A stretch of 64,000 bases of DNA from Gnetum montanum (GCA_015680685.1 MNCI01003473.1:266898-330897); one strand, 5' to 3'. Shown: positions 37,993 through 51,592, numbered from the stretch's first letter. Numbers and translations: made by a program. The notes: a model not told the origin generated them from the sequence alone.

Positions 37993-38646
37993 CATCCATT
38001 TCATCGATGTTATAGTTGTCTCTTTTTCTCTCTCTTTTTTGTTCTTTTTCTTTCTCCATTCTATAGCTACTGGAGGTTCACTCTTAGTCATGGGGGTCCT
38101 GACCTAATTTTTTTCAATTTTCTCCTAACCCCTACACCTTCGATAGTCACCACTATTATATCTCCAATATCCGCATCAGTCATACCACAACTCAGCCAAT
38201 GGACCTTTCACCAAAGCAAGGTATCAACTGCATTGTGATTCATTTACCCTTGATAATATATGACTGTGTTGTGTGTGTAGATGGCAATCATACAACAACG
38301 AATTGGATCTACAGGGAACACTCAGAGTGGATCAGTGCTGAAGCAATCATGCAAGGAATGAGATTGATGGCACACTTATGGATAGATAATGAAAGGCACA
38401 AACTTGGTGTTGGTAGTAGCAGACTTCTTCTCTCTTCTCTCTTCTCTCTTAGCTACCAAATCCGATGTCAAATGTATAAGGTGTTCACTCTTGTTGTCAT
38501 GAACACCAATTTTTTCATGTTCTATAATGATGATCCGTTCACGTGTCATCCCATTCACCATTAGTTCCATTCAAGTCAATAATCCCATACCTTCCCAATA
38601 TTTTTTAAGGAACTCGAGGATGATTTTTTATTCATTCATGGGGGTA

Positions 38647-39430
38647 TGATAGGCCACGATATCACGTATGCGATATCACGTCTTCCCCTGCGATATTGCA
38701 TACGCAATATCACAACGTGCCACCAAATCTATAAATAAGAGGTAGCTCTCCCTTGTTTCTCAATCTAGATCTAGACCCTTAGCGAAACTCTAGCAGTTTT
38801 ACCTCTCCAAAGATAGAATAATTTCCATGTGCCCACAGTAGGAGCTCCAAAGTGAATGGATCTTTATTTGAGCAATTTTGTACCTGAATGCACAATTATG
38901 TACGGTAATAAAGACAAACTATTGGATAAACCTTGTAGTGCATGGAATAGGCTAAATAGGACTATAATTATTGTTATTTATTATTCATCATTTAAATGCT
39001 TTATTAGTCAATTAAATCTCTCTCAACCCTTCTCCCATAGTTAAGTGCATTCAGTACGACCCCTTCGAGCATGTGCGTTATACTTGGTAATCCCAAAAGG
39101 TTGCATTGGTTTAGGGTGTGAACGGTAAGTGGGAACGGATACTGATGCTAGGCATTAGAACTTAGTTAGCTAAAGTTAGTTACTTAGTCTCTTCACCCCT
39201 TTCCCTCATTAGCATAGGTGATAAAACATAAAAGATATAAAAATCACATACCTCATACTTACTTAACTATACAACCGTGAAAAATATAAGTAAGTTTGGG
39301 AAGGCAATGAAAGATTAACCTTAAGTGTTCCATAAGGCGTGTAGGCACTTAGTCTGCGGAGTTTGACCAAATCACGCGTGTAATGCTCGTATTCATATGG
39401 TTGAGTGTAGGGGTACCTCGCCACTCATCA
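38647..39430 (+). repeat. 3' LTR of element F
   Basis: Preceded by PPT, followed by TSD AAAGC. Confidence 0.97.
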
Positions 39431-39435
39431 AAAGC

Positions 39436-40640
39436 CTTGGACTAAATGAAAAAAATAGGCCTTTGTCATTAAGACATAATGGTTCATTTGGGAGGATTCA
39501 TTCATGTATAATACTTGCAAATATTAGCTCATTTGACGATGTCTACTGGAATAAGAATAATAAGAGTTAATTTCTTTCAACTATGATGGAGTGTGTGGAG
39601 GTCATTTTTGAGGTAAGAAAACTTCATACAAAATTCTCTATGTTGGTTTGTATTGGCCTACTTTATTTAAAGATACTTATGCATATTCTAAGAGATGTAA
39701 TCAATTACACTGAGTGGAAGGACTCATAAGATAACAAGACATGTCATTATTGCCTATCTTGGTGAACTGTGAGCCCTACAATTGTTCAAACATTAATGAT
39801 GCAAAAATGGAAGTTAGGTTCTCAAGAGAAGACTTAATTCCATGATTTGGACATCCATGAATCCTAGTTAGCAATCAAGATACACATTTATTTAATGATA
39901 TGAGGAGGGAAATGTTACACAAAATGGGAATTACACATAGTATTGCTACTACCTCTCACCCTCACTCAATGGTTTAGTTGAAAGTATGAATAAGGAAATC
40001 AAAACCTTTTTGTAGAAAATTGTAGGAAAGAATAGAATAGATTGGTCTTATCATTTATCAAATGCATTGTGGGCTATTCGTACATCATATAAGTCATCTC
40101 ATGACTTTACCCTATCTAAACTAGTATTCGATAAGTAATGCCTTTTTTCTTCCTTGGTACAAAAAAAGTTCTTTCTAATGTAACATTAATTAAAAATGAA
40201 CTTGGACTCATGTCTTTACGCTTGTTTATTTGCTTTAAACCATATATATTAAGATCATATGCATTCTCTAGATAGACAACATTTGCATAAGAAATAGATG
40301 AAAAATGTTAAATGACAAGAAGGCTATGAGGAAGTTATTATCATAAGGTGATTTGGTGTTATTATTTAATATGAGGCTTAAAAATTTTGCTGGAAAATTA
40401 GTATCGAAATGGGAGGAACCTTTTAGGGTTATTAAGATCTTAGGTAATTACACTGCTGATATTTCTAGGCCTAGTAGTTCTGAGTCTTTATATGTGAATG
40501 GTCAATGGCTCAAACATTATTTTGGATAATAGCCCTCCCTTGATAGTGAGATGATTGTCTTACCTAATGCTTCTTCTCAACAAGCTATATTTAATTTAAT
40601 GATGGATTGGTTTCAAATGGATCCTTATGAGATTTTCTGA
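39436..40640 (+). pseudogene. pol: Integrase of element E (resumes after F)
   Basis: CGGHF, LYWPTLFKD, ALWAIRTSYK, KLVSKWEEPF, VNGQWLKHY motifs. Confidence 0.9.
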
Positions 40641-43019
40641 TCTTCAAGCTTCTTATTGTGATAGATTAATAACTTTGTTGTTATTTGCTTTATCTTCTAC
40701 AAGTATTGGATGACAAGTACTATAAGCCATACATTATATTTTTATCAATATTTGTGAATGGCAGTGGTCATTGTTGTTATTAAGTCTTTGGTAATGTTTA
40801 TGACAACATATCTTTCATGGTATCTAGGCTTCAATGAATTAAATTGATGGAGGTTTGACTTTTATCTTTAAAATATTTATAAAATATTATATTTTACTAT
40901 AAATAGAATAAAGGTTGAATGATGGATAAATTTTTTTACCTTTTCAATTTAAAAGTAATTAAATGCTCTTGGGTTGTACTAGGCATATTGTTAGATCAAT
41001 ATGTTATCTCATGACAAACTTAAGGCTCTAGGTCTTCCTTAATCAAGGACTTGAAATAAGAGATGTCATGGGATACTAAACATGAACCATGGGTACACTC
41101 ATGAAAAATGACTTTCATAGGGATTGAATCTGTACTAGGAGCAACGTTTCCATTGCTTACAACCACATTTTGATGGTAATACAACAAGCAATCATAACAT
41201 ATTTCAAGTGTACAGATCTAAAAATGTTTTTTTAGAAGACATATTATCCCATTGTTACCACGGAACTACACTAGGAGTAAAATTTTCATTATTTATGAAC
41301 CATGTTCTAATGGTAGTGTAAAAATCTCATAATCACTAAAAAACAAAGAAAAAAAGAATTATTAGGTAATAATGTGTTTTGGATACTAAGCTCTCTCTTG
41401 TTCATGGTCATAGAATAAAGTTATTATGTCGATGCATAAATAGTCTTCATTACTAATAACTACTATTAGTAGGGAAGACTATGTATTTTTGAGTAGTGTC
41501 ATAAGACATGAATAACTTACTAAACAATGATTCATGAATGTTTGAACATGACAGTTTCGTGTATTTGTATTATTCTTTTTTATGTAATTAACTTAAGTTG
41601 TTACCCAATGTCTTGATTTTTACCAAGCAGTTACACCTTAATAATTCTTATATCAAAAATTTTTCTTCATTGTTTTTTCTTTCTTTTCTATTTTATTTTC
41701 CTTAATATTTGTTGAAAAATTATTTTGGAGTAGGAAGTGAGGATAGTGCAACTCATAGTCATTCAAAGTTTCACTGCGGGCTTGATTGTGAGTTGTAATC
41801 ACCTTGGAAGTTTAATCTATTGAATTTTGACACTAGTGATAGATTGAAGATCGTAGTTTACCATATTTTGAAATTCATGTTGTTAGGTTTTGGATAGTGT
41901 AGACAAATACAACTTGTAATGCACTACACTATGATATTACTTTCTTAGATTCTAGAACAATGTGACTAGGTGCAACTTGCAGTTGGTTGCAACTTTGAAA
42001 TTTTTTAAATTTTTTATTTTTGTATTATGAGGGGTTGCAACTTGTATTCAGTCATAACTCAATTAAAAAAACTACAAAAATAAAAGTGGGTCCACAAAAC
42101 AAAACTTCATTTTTCATCCCAAAGCACTACAAGACATATCCAAGAGCTAAGGTAAGCTACCATTGCATGCATAGCAACAAGATCTAACCTCCAAGTCTTC
42201 TTCCCTTTGTAAAATGCCTATGGTAGGTCTCAAATCTCTTGTTGTCTAGCAGTTTTCCTCTTACATTTCCTATTGCATGCTATTGTAACCTAATTTGGGA
42301 CATCAATATTATTTTTGGGGATGATTAAACATATTATTACTAAACTTTGGGTTTTTGATATCTTCCTTTGCATTCTAATACTTCTTATTTATTGTTCTAA
42401 GTATTTTTTTTTTTGTGCCTTGGAATCCTACATAAACTATAATTTTGTGTTTCTTCAAACTTTTAGAATTTTTTGGTTCTTACTTATGAATTAAGATAAG
42501 CATATCAGCTATATTAAGATAATAAAATGAGAATTTTATTATAAAAAGGCATTATGTTTTACTATAGCTACCCCTGGATTGTAAACAATTTAGTATCAAG
42601 TTGGGTTTCTCTAAGCTACATTTGCAAAAATAATAATTTTCATTTGAGAATTACTTAATAGTATGGATTAGTATTAAGATATTTAATATGTATTTTTGTC
42701 CACTCTATTATGCTAAAATAGTGAATCCACTATTAGGAATTAAATAGTTTCCTTATTATGTAACTCAAATTTTCTTTGAATAGTTATTTTTCATCTATGC
42801 ATTAGGTATGTACATTGAGAACTATGTAGACCTAGTTGGGAGCACCAATGTTGTTGAGATTTGGAAATTATTGGTGTTGATTTTTACAATTATATTTTGT
42901 ATTTTTTGTAATTTATTTAAATTATGTTATTTGTAATTTTGATATTATATTTTATTGCATTTTGTTAATGTTTGCCTTTATGCATTATATTATGCTTGTA
43001 TGTGTACTAATCTTCTCTA

Positions 43020-44400
43020 TAGTAAGGAACTTCTTCTGCATCCCAACACTAGAGGAGGCATCTAAAAAAAACTTTAGTAGTTACAAGCCTAATAGCATAG
43101 AGACATGCTTAGGAGGAGGAGTAGGAACACACTCATAGGAAGCACATGAAGTGCTTGAAGTATAAGCATTGAGAGGTGAAGTTCCCCATAGTACCATTAA
43201 AGGTACCTAGGAACTTCAAGCCCCTAATGGAATTGGTGAATCCACTAGTCTTCACTTCCTTAATAGTGCACAACTTGGATTTTTTCTTTATTGGAGGTAA
43301 GGAATTCTACAAGTAAGAGGCTCATTAGTTCTACCTAACATTCTAAAGGACCTACCCTACATCATGAACTTTCTAGGTTGGCACTAGGTCCTATGACATC
43401 ATTAAGGCCCTAATTTCTGAGGTCCTTGAGATGTAAGTAGGACCAAATAGATAGCACCTTATGGAAGCATCATCAAAGTGGAAGACTTAGTTGACTGAGC
43501 TCTTCCCTGATGTTGTGATGGATGGGATAGGATAATCCTATATGAGCCTTTTTCCTAAAAAATGGTTCTTGCAAAAGCTATGATGATGAACATTCTAAGT
43601 AGCTTTCATTTTACACATGTCATTTCCTTTGGCATGTTGGTGATGAGAAATTTGGAGGATCCTTTCACATTTAATTATCCATTCATTATACTATCCATGA
43701 TGGAGTTGGTGGTTTGATATGCCAATAGGGTTCCCTTCCCATCAGTGATCTTGATATTGTATCAACATTTCTATATTCAGCCACATACCTTGCTCATCAA
43801 GGAGATTGTCACATGGGGTAAGGACTAGTTCCTAAATCTAGGATGTACCTTCTATACTCAATAAATGCCTAGGAAATGCTTTGATGAGGTCTAATCAATC
43901 CTTAATCCATGGATTCCAAGAGATGAGGGTAGGGTTTCTTGGAAGGTGCACTATGTTGACATGCAATAGTATGGTATGATGGGTGTTGATCAAGCTTTGA
44001 TGGGAGTTGAATCTCAACTCATGGCCTAGTTGGACACCCTATAAGCAAGTCTTGTTACACAATGTAATGAGATGGAGGTGCATCTCCATTCCTTCTACAA
44101 TTAAATGGAGAAGAGGTAGTACCATTTGACCTCCAATTTAAAGATCCTAGGGCATCATGTTTTTTCCAAGATGAGGAACCTCCACTATATAGTTAGTCAG
44201 CATGAGATGGGTAAATTGGTGGACCCAGAGTTTGTACCCATGGGGTCCTTGATCACTAATGTAGTCCAGGTGAATGATGAGGTGACATAGTAAGATTTTA
44301 TAAGTGAGGAGGTAGGTGATGATGCACCTCAATCTTCTCCTTTAGAAGAGGCTCCTGCACCCCCTTTAGGGGAAGGCACAGCCCCTCCAGCTTTATCTCA
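43020..44400 (+). pseudogene. env-like / Athila 3' ORF of element E
   Basis: KEFY and FNYPFIILSMM..VPFPSVILILY motifs; acidic, Pro-rich tail; candidate splice acceptor at 43022. Confidence 0.65.
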
Positions 44401-44557
44401 CACTTCTTCTTTCCCTTATCTCTTTTTTATGTTTTCAGATGTTATGATAAAAGGTATTGATTCTATTATCTACTTTCTTATTTATTGTATTTACATTAGT
44501 TCACATACATTCATCCACTTTCTTTTATCAAGATGATAAAGAGCTAGTTGGAAGCTA

Positions 44558-45434
44558 TGTTAGAATGTTAATTAATTTCCCTTGTACTTTGTTTCCTCTA
44601 TTTTTGAGGCTTGTGTGGGCAACTATGAGCTTATGCACATAGTCTCTTGTAACTCAAAGTCTTAACTCAAAAATTAAATTCCAATGAGTCTTCAATTCAT
44701 CAAGGAAATAATGTCTATCTGATGACCATTGACAGTTAATTTCAAGCATTAAATAACTAAGGAACAAGTGGAGTTAGCTTCAAAAGGAAATGGTGGTAGC
44801 ATAGAAGTTGTATCTAAGTTGGATAAGGTATTGCATGCTCATGTAACCTGCATAAGCTCATAACCCAAGTTTTCTTCAAATGCAGTTTGTAGTTACTCAT
44901 AATTTATTTTGTAATAGAAAAGTAAATTCATCAGTGTGATTCGACCATTGGATTTTTCTAAGTTAATTTAGCTATTCAACCACTGGGATTTGAATACCTG
45001 ACCATTGTAAATGGTTGACTAAGACTATTGATCCCAGCAGCTCATAGTAATTTATTGCCTTGATGATTCTTCTTCAAGCAAAGAGCTATGACCCAACTAT
45101 GACTCACACCCAACCATAGCCATTAATTGAAAGTTATTGCAATCATCAACTAAAGCTATTTCACACTATATTGAAGTGAAGTATAAGAAGACATAGAGAT
45201 ATATAGATATAGAGAGAGAAAATATATTCGAAAAACTTAAAGATATAGGATTGAAGTTTTTTAATGACTTTGTTGTAACGAGATTAAATGATTGATGTTC
45301 ATTTCTTTGTTAGAGTGAATTAATCTTAAGTGTTGTTCACTATAATTCTAATACCTTATCCTAACTCATAGTCCTCCATTTGATTAATTTTCATGTTCTA
45401 TAGCATAAGCACACTTGAACAAAGAACCATAACA
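44558..45434 (+). repeat. 3' LTR of element E
   Basis: TGTTAG...TAACA; collinear with 23399-24329. Confidence 0.88.
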
Positions 45435-48400
45435 AGCATACACCACTACCATTACTTCTTTTTTAGTAGTGGTGTAGTTGAGTTTCATACTCACAATGCT
45501 CCTACTTGTACAATGGATATAATGTGGACATTTTTTATTGTCCAATTATGTAAGCATTGCCAAAGATAGTTAGATGCATCTTCATAATATGAAATTCCTT
45601 GGATCAATCTAGGGTACAAAGAATTAGAGTTTCTATGAGCTTCTGCTTCAAGTATTAGAATGCTTTTTACATTTCTTGGTCCATTCAAAGGCTATATCTT
45701 TCTTTGTAAGGTCTACTAAAAGTTTAGAGACTTTAAGACATTTTCGATGAAGTGCCTATAGTAACTAGTATGACCAAGGAATGATCTCACATCTTTGATA
45801 GTTGAAGGTTGTTTGATTATTTCTTAGATGACCCTTACTTTTTTATGGTCCACCTCTATTCCTTTTCCTAAAACTCTATGCCCCAAGATAATACCATCTT
45901 TGATCATCAAGTGAATCTTTGCCACTTAATTCACAAATTTGTTTCTACATCTTATTTAAGTACCTACTCAACATAGTCCAATGCCTACTCAAAGTCAGTA
46001 CCATAGGTGGAGAAGTCATCCATGAATTCTTCCACATCACTACTGATTTTCTAAGGAAAGATGTAAAGTTTTAGGAGTATTACAAAGGCTAAAGGGCATC
46101 TTTTTATATTCATAAGTTTCCCATGGACTAGTGAAAGTTATCTTGGCCTAGTCTTCTAGTGTAATTTAGATTTAGCTGTAGCTATTATACCCATCTAGAA
46201 AATTGTAGTAATGGTGTCCTACAATTGTATCCAATATTTGATCCACAAATGTCAATAGAAAATGATCTTTGAATGTGGCCATGTTTACTAGCCTAAATTC
46301 TATATAGATCCTCTATTGCCCTTCTTTCTTAGATATAATAATGAGTGGGCTTACCCACTCACTATCTACCACAAGATAGATGAATCCTCGTTTAATAATT
46401 TTTAAAATTTTATTTTTGACAACTTGATTCAGCTTGGGACTCAACCTTCTCTATGGCTGCCTCTTTACCTTAATGGTGGACTCTATATATATTCAATGTT
46501 AGCATATATGCAAATCTATTCTATTCAATTCATCATATGACAAGGAAAAAATCTTCCTTTATATTCTTTAAAGAGATTGACACTAATTATTACTAGGTTG
46601 TCATTATCAAGAGATATATACTCTAGAGTTTTGGTAAAGATTTGAATTCAAGGGGTTCTTTTTTAATCATCAAATATTTTCAACTCTTCCTAATTCATTT
46701 CTACTTCTATTTAGAAGAGTTAATTCTAAATTTTCTCCACTTCATCCATCTTATCAATATAATCACTTGTAAGGAGTTTAATTGGTTTCATATACATTGT
46801 TGAATTATAATTATCTATGGTTTAGCGAGGGTAACTTCCTATTTTGTGACTATTGCATATAGGAATCTTTGAACATCTGATGTTTCAACATACTTATTGC
46901 ATGCTATGATGGATGTGGTTTTCATGATCCATATTTTCTACATAGAGTGGTACCCTATGTTGCTTTATGTGATGCAAGGAACCCTCTTCTTCTCTATTTT
47001 TCCAAAATCATTTTCCTTGAAGATTTCAAGGAAATATCTCTAATTCCTATCTTGACATCAGTTGTGTTGAGCCAAGTCCTTCTCATGATAATAGGGAAGT
47101 CCTCCTTACATTCATTCACATGGATTACTAGGAAATCTACTAGATATGACCATCCACAAATGATGAGCACAATATTCTCCACCAATCTTAAGGAAATAGT
47201 AATGGATTGATCAACAAGCTCTAATCTGATATTACATTTCCTTAGTGGAGGTAGGTTCCAACATTGGTATATCTCTTGAGAAATTAAGTTCATCCCATAA
47301 CCTAAGTCTAGTTACATGGCTCATTTCCTACAATCTATAAGTAGATTAGAGGAATGCTAGGATTAAATATTTTCCTAGGAAGAAATTAACTTAACATGAC
47401 AATTTGTACTTTATGGGACATTTGGTTTTAAAGTAGCTTGTTGATAATTTTTGAAGTATTTGATGAAGGATGAGTATTCACAAATGCTTCTAAGGGTTTA
47501 GGTAAATTATTGAGTTTGAAGAAAGCCCTTTTCTTAGGCTTACACTCAAAACCACTTGAATTATAATATAGTTGTAAGTTCACATCCCTTGTTACATTGT
47601 GTTGTTAAGGCTATGATGGAATTTCACCTTGCATAGATGGTGCAAGTAGCAAAAAATTGGAATTAGAAGGTGCAAACTAAGATTATTAATAATGATGAGG
47701 ATAGGTGAAAGGAGATTTATCTCACTAAGTAGGAGTTCTATGATATTCAGTGATATAATTGTAATGAAAGAAGGAAGTGTGGATCACAGAGCCATGAGAA
47801 TATAGGTTTTTAGACATAATATCCATATTAGTCTGTTTGACAGTAAGGATATTGCTACCTTGCTAATGACATCTCCCATGACTATGGATTTTTTCATTGA
47901 AGATAATGATCATGAGGTTGAGGTGGCACTTCACTTGGATAAGACTATGGTTGGTGGAATTGTTGTTGATAATTACCTTGTGGATAAGGAAATCTCCTGG
48001 GTGGTTACCTTTTAAAAAACTTTGGATTTTAAGCATATACTCTAGATTCTTATAAGTGTGAAAATATAGGATAGCATCCTTTAGGATGTTCATATTGGCA
48101 TATGTCACATCCTTCTCTATCTATTTTAGAATCTACAACCTTATCAACTACTGCAACCTTACCTTTTTGTTGATAATAGTCCTTGCATGTATCCTTTTCC
48201 TTCCATTCCTATGTTAGTTCCCATGTTCTAGTTTTTCCTCCATAATCTTTAGAGAAGTGTGAAGATTCTCATCCAAGGAGTTCCACATTTTGTTCATCTT
48301 AAATGATACTTCTATAATAGATTTTTAAATTAACAATATTTTTTATACCACTTTTTCTAGTGGTTCTTCCTTCTTAGAATCATAGAAAAGTACCTCCCTT

Positions 48401-49872
48401 TTATGAATGGAGGGATCTTTGTTATATTCTTCTGCACTTTCTCTCTTTTTAAGTTCTCCCTCTTTCTTAGCCACTTGATCGATAATCATTCAGATCCCCT
48501 AGATTTGGATCTCTAAAAATATCCCATAGGCATAAACCCCAAGATGCTCTCATGATTTAATTCTAAGCTCATCTATTATAGGGTGAAGTTATTCCCTTTG
48601 AGAAAAATCATGGCTTATGCATCAATGCAAAAGAGAATAATACTTGTTCAAGGTTGCATCAAGGGATTCATGATTGCATTGTTTCCACCCTTGGATTTGT
48701 TTTCTCAAGTTGGATACCGTTGAGTACATTTAATACTTATCATTAAACAACTCCAGTATTGTACTCCATCTATGAATAGATTCTAGCTCCAAGGACTAGT
48801 ACCAAATTTTAGCTTCTTTAATAAGTGTCTTGGGAAATAGTTTAAGTTTCTGCCACTTAGTTTCAATATTTTGTAAGGTACAAGCATCAAGGAAGGGTTG
48901 CAAATGATGTTTTCCATTAGCATTATACCCTCCTTCAAATTTAGGGATGTTGTTTATATCAAGTTGTTTAATTCAACTATCCCTTTGAAGTTTGGTATAA
49001 ATATGAACTACTTCTAAAATATTGATTATGCTTCTTCTAGTAAGCAATTATTCATCATAGTCATGGTCATATCTCCTATGATGTCACTTGTTATGCCTTC
49101 TTTCCTAATGTTGATCCTCTTCTTCTTGCTATTGACTATGCTTTCTTCTCCCATCCCTATGATGGAACTTTGGTTATTTCCATCTCAGTCTCAATCATTC
49201 CTCCTTTGATCTCAATCAAGGTTCCTCCTATCAAAGTTTGACAATGAGGAGCATGTTGGAGGTTAAGGACTAGGAGAGTGGTGTTGACTTGTCCTTATTC
49301 TTTGATCCCTTAGTTATTATTCTAATGAATGATTTGGAGACCTTGGCCTTGAGGTTCTTGTAGTTCTATAATTGTTGGTGAGTTGCATCTACCTCACTGA
49401 AAGGATGAGGACCCTGGTGTTGAGATTACCCTAATAGAAATTATATATCCTCCTACTATGATTGCAAACATAGTAAAATTGAGACCTATTTATCTTTGGA
49501 GGCTTCATGGCATGTCTCCATGCATTGATCTTTCCTAAGCTGGGCCTCTATTGGCTGATAATCTTTAGTGAGGTGCTCTATTACTTGGTAATCTAGACTT
49601 GCTAGTTCAAGTCCAAGTTTCATAAGAGCTACCATGAGCATTGAAGGAATAGAATGATCAATAGGTAACACAATGTTGTCCTTTAGATTCCTCTAGAAAA
49701 GTTATTCATCTTAATGAAGGATGAAGTTAAAGTTTGGATAATAGAAGTCCATATATGCATAAACAACCTTCAGTTGTTAAGGTATCTCACTAGCATTCTT
49801 TTTAGTATTTTCATGTTGCTAATTAGAGTCATTGATAGGTGGTGGTGAATTATTCCTACCAAAAGAAGACAT
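45435..49872 (-). pseudogene. pol: gag-PR-RT-RNase H (5' part) of element D
   Basis: GCDICQYEHPKGC knuckle, ORF 46994-47293 protease, SEWVSP, FMDDFS, LNYTTTKKE motifs; collinear with F. Confidence 0.9.
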
Positions 49873-50031
49873 CTTAGTTTGTTTTGATTAAGTATGCCTT
49901 GATAAAATATTGTTATTAATTTTTTGAAAGATGTTGTGTTATTTACTTTTTACAATAACTTTATATGATCTCATTCTCTAAAAATACTTAGTGTACTTAG
50001 CTAAAATGAAGATCCCTAGTAATGATGCAAA

Positions 50032-50869
50032 TGATGAGTGAGTATTCTCTATGCCCAACCATATGAATCATAGCATGTATGTATGATCCAATCAAATTCT
50101 ATGGACTCTATTTACGTAAGTGACCTATATTCTTAGATGGTGAAATACATGATTTTTAGTCATTATCTTCACAATCATTACTTGTGTTAATCATTTTTAT
50201 TATTTTTTTATGTTTTCCAAATGATTAAAGAAAGGAATGTTCGATATCTAAATTATATAAATTAATTAACTAACAATCCTAAATGGGGACCATCCATTCC
50301 TACTTTTTGTACACATCCTAAGTGTATATTAACAATGTTGGATCACCAAGTGTTTATTGCTAGGCATACTAACTATCCACTACTGGGATTGCCAAGTGTA
50401 AATATATTATGCTCAAAGTGGTTGTACTCACATTAATTATGAATTATAATATTAAATACTTAATAAAGAAAAAAAATTGCATTCAAAGTAAATTACTAGA
50501 AAGTAGAGTTAACCTAATCAAAGTGTTGTAATGGATAGAAGAAATCTCGATTTTATTTCCATTCATGTAACTATGTCTAGGTACATATTGCACTTGAATA
50601 AAATATTGTAAAATCAATTCAATCCATACTACAAGCACTCAAAGAAAGAATTTTACTAACTTCTATGAAAAGAAACTGTAAGATCTTGGCTAAGGCAATG
50701 ACCAAATGATGTCATAAATTTTATGGATGTGTGTATTTATATATGCAATGATTACATCAGCATCAATGCACATTCGCTAATGCATCCTAAGATGCATGGA
50801 TAGGGATGCATTAATGAGGCTACATCAATTAGCATGAAATTACACAGTCATATTATTGAAATTTCATCA
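50032..50869 (-). repeat. 5' LTR of element D
   Basis: Collinear with 6971-7858; decayed PBS adjacent. Confidence 0.9.
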
Positions 50870-50874
50870 ATAAT

Positions 50875-51090
50875 TCTTAGGTCTTATAGTGCTTATTTTT
50901 GAAATGCAATTTTATTTTGGAATTCCACTCTAGAACATTACTCTACACTATTAGCTATATTTGTGAATCTCTAATTTATGTAGTTTTGTAAAGACTACTT
51001 ATAATGTGGTGATCTTTTACACTTCATCAATTTAAAGTCATGGGTTTGCTTATAAATAGTAAAGCAACATTATTATTAACTCCATATTAA
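50875..51090 (+). pseudogene. Remainder of element C pol, ending in a copia RNase H tail
   Basis: ..SFVKTTYNVVIFYT resembles the copia FVxTxDxxADIFT tail; immediately precedes the PPT and 3' LTR. Confidence 0.5.
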
Positions 51091-51103
51091 GCTTGAGGGG
51101 TGA

Positions 51104-51592
51104 TGTCAAAGATTTGATATGTACTACCATGCTTAAAATGCCAGTATGTTCATATTTAGTCATACCATGAACTTTAGTATACACCATCATATCATGCAAT
51201 AGTGTTTGTGGTGTTTTATATTATGTACCTATTTAGTTATTTTTAGATAAGTCTATTAACTAATAATAACTAATCATTATGTCTATTCATTCTCTAGACA
51301 TGACTATTCCATCATAACTATATAAATGATAATCTTAGTCCAGTAACAATATTCATAATAACATAACAACAATGTGCAATATGAGTGTACAATGTAGTAT
51401 TTATATTATAACAAAGATACTTGATTACTTTATTTTTCTCTATTACTTTTTTATTTATGTTTTTATGTTTGACATGTATAACACCATAGACATATTTTAT
51501 CCCATGGTGTAGGTTTATCTCAATTACATGAGTTATCAAATTATTTCTATTATAACCTAGACCTAGAGATTAATATCACAAATGTTTTAACA
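51104..51592 (+). repeat. 3' LTR of element C (489 bp)
   Basis: TG...CA termini (TGTCAAAG...TTTTAACA), preceded by PPT. Confidence 0.85.

Larger units (their letters stand above)
29582..39430 (+). mobile_element. Element F: youngest complete Athila-like element, inserted in pol of E
   Basis: LTRs 29582-30374 and 38647-39430 (16 substitutions in ~230 bp counted by hand); perfect TSD AAAGC; PBS TTGGCACCGTTGCC; PPT CATGGGGGTA. Confidence 0.97.
23399..45434 (+). mobile_element. Element E: second Athila family with env-like ORF, inserted in the RNase H of D; hosts F
   Basis: LTRs 23399-24329 and 44558-45434; decayed PBS TTTAGGCACCATTAC; degenerate TSD GTCAT/AGCAT; D frame rejoins as VVV-YAL-EKFRYYALG. 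Confidence 0.88.
6971..50869 (-). mobile_element. Element D: full-length decayed Athila-like Ty3/gypsy with env-like ORF; hosts G and E
   Basis: LTRs 6971-7858 and 50032-50869 (TGAT...ATCA); TSD GTAAT/ATAAT; decayed PBS 50013-50031; PPT 7859-7872; gag-PR-RT-RH-INT order. Confidence 0.9.
4367..51592 (+). mobile_element. Element C: short-LTR Ty1/copia (Ale/Retrofit-like), internally deleted, stretched to 47 kb by nested insertions
   Basis: Direct LTRs 4367-4856 and 51104-51592; decayed PBS TGATATTGAAAT (6 transitions from TGGTATCAGAGC); PPT TTGAGGGGTGA before 51104; degenerate TSD AATCC/ACCCC. Confidence 0.8.

Noticed and set aside
29582-39430. Element F as an active autonomous retrotransposon
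   Set aside because: Numerous in-frame stops and frameshifts in gag and pol; its LTRs are already several percent diverged.
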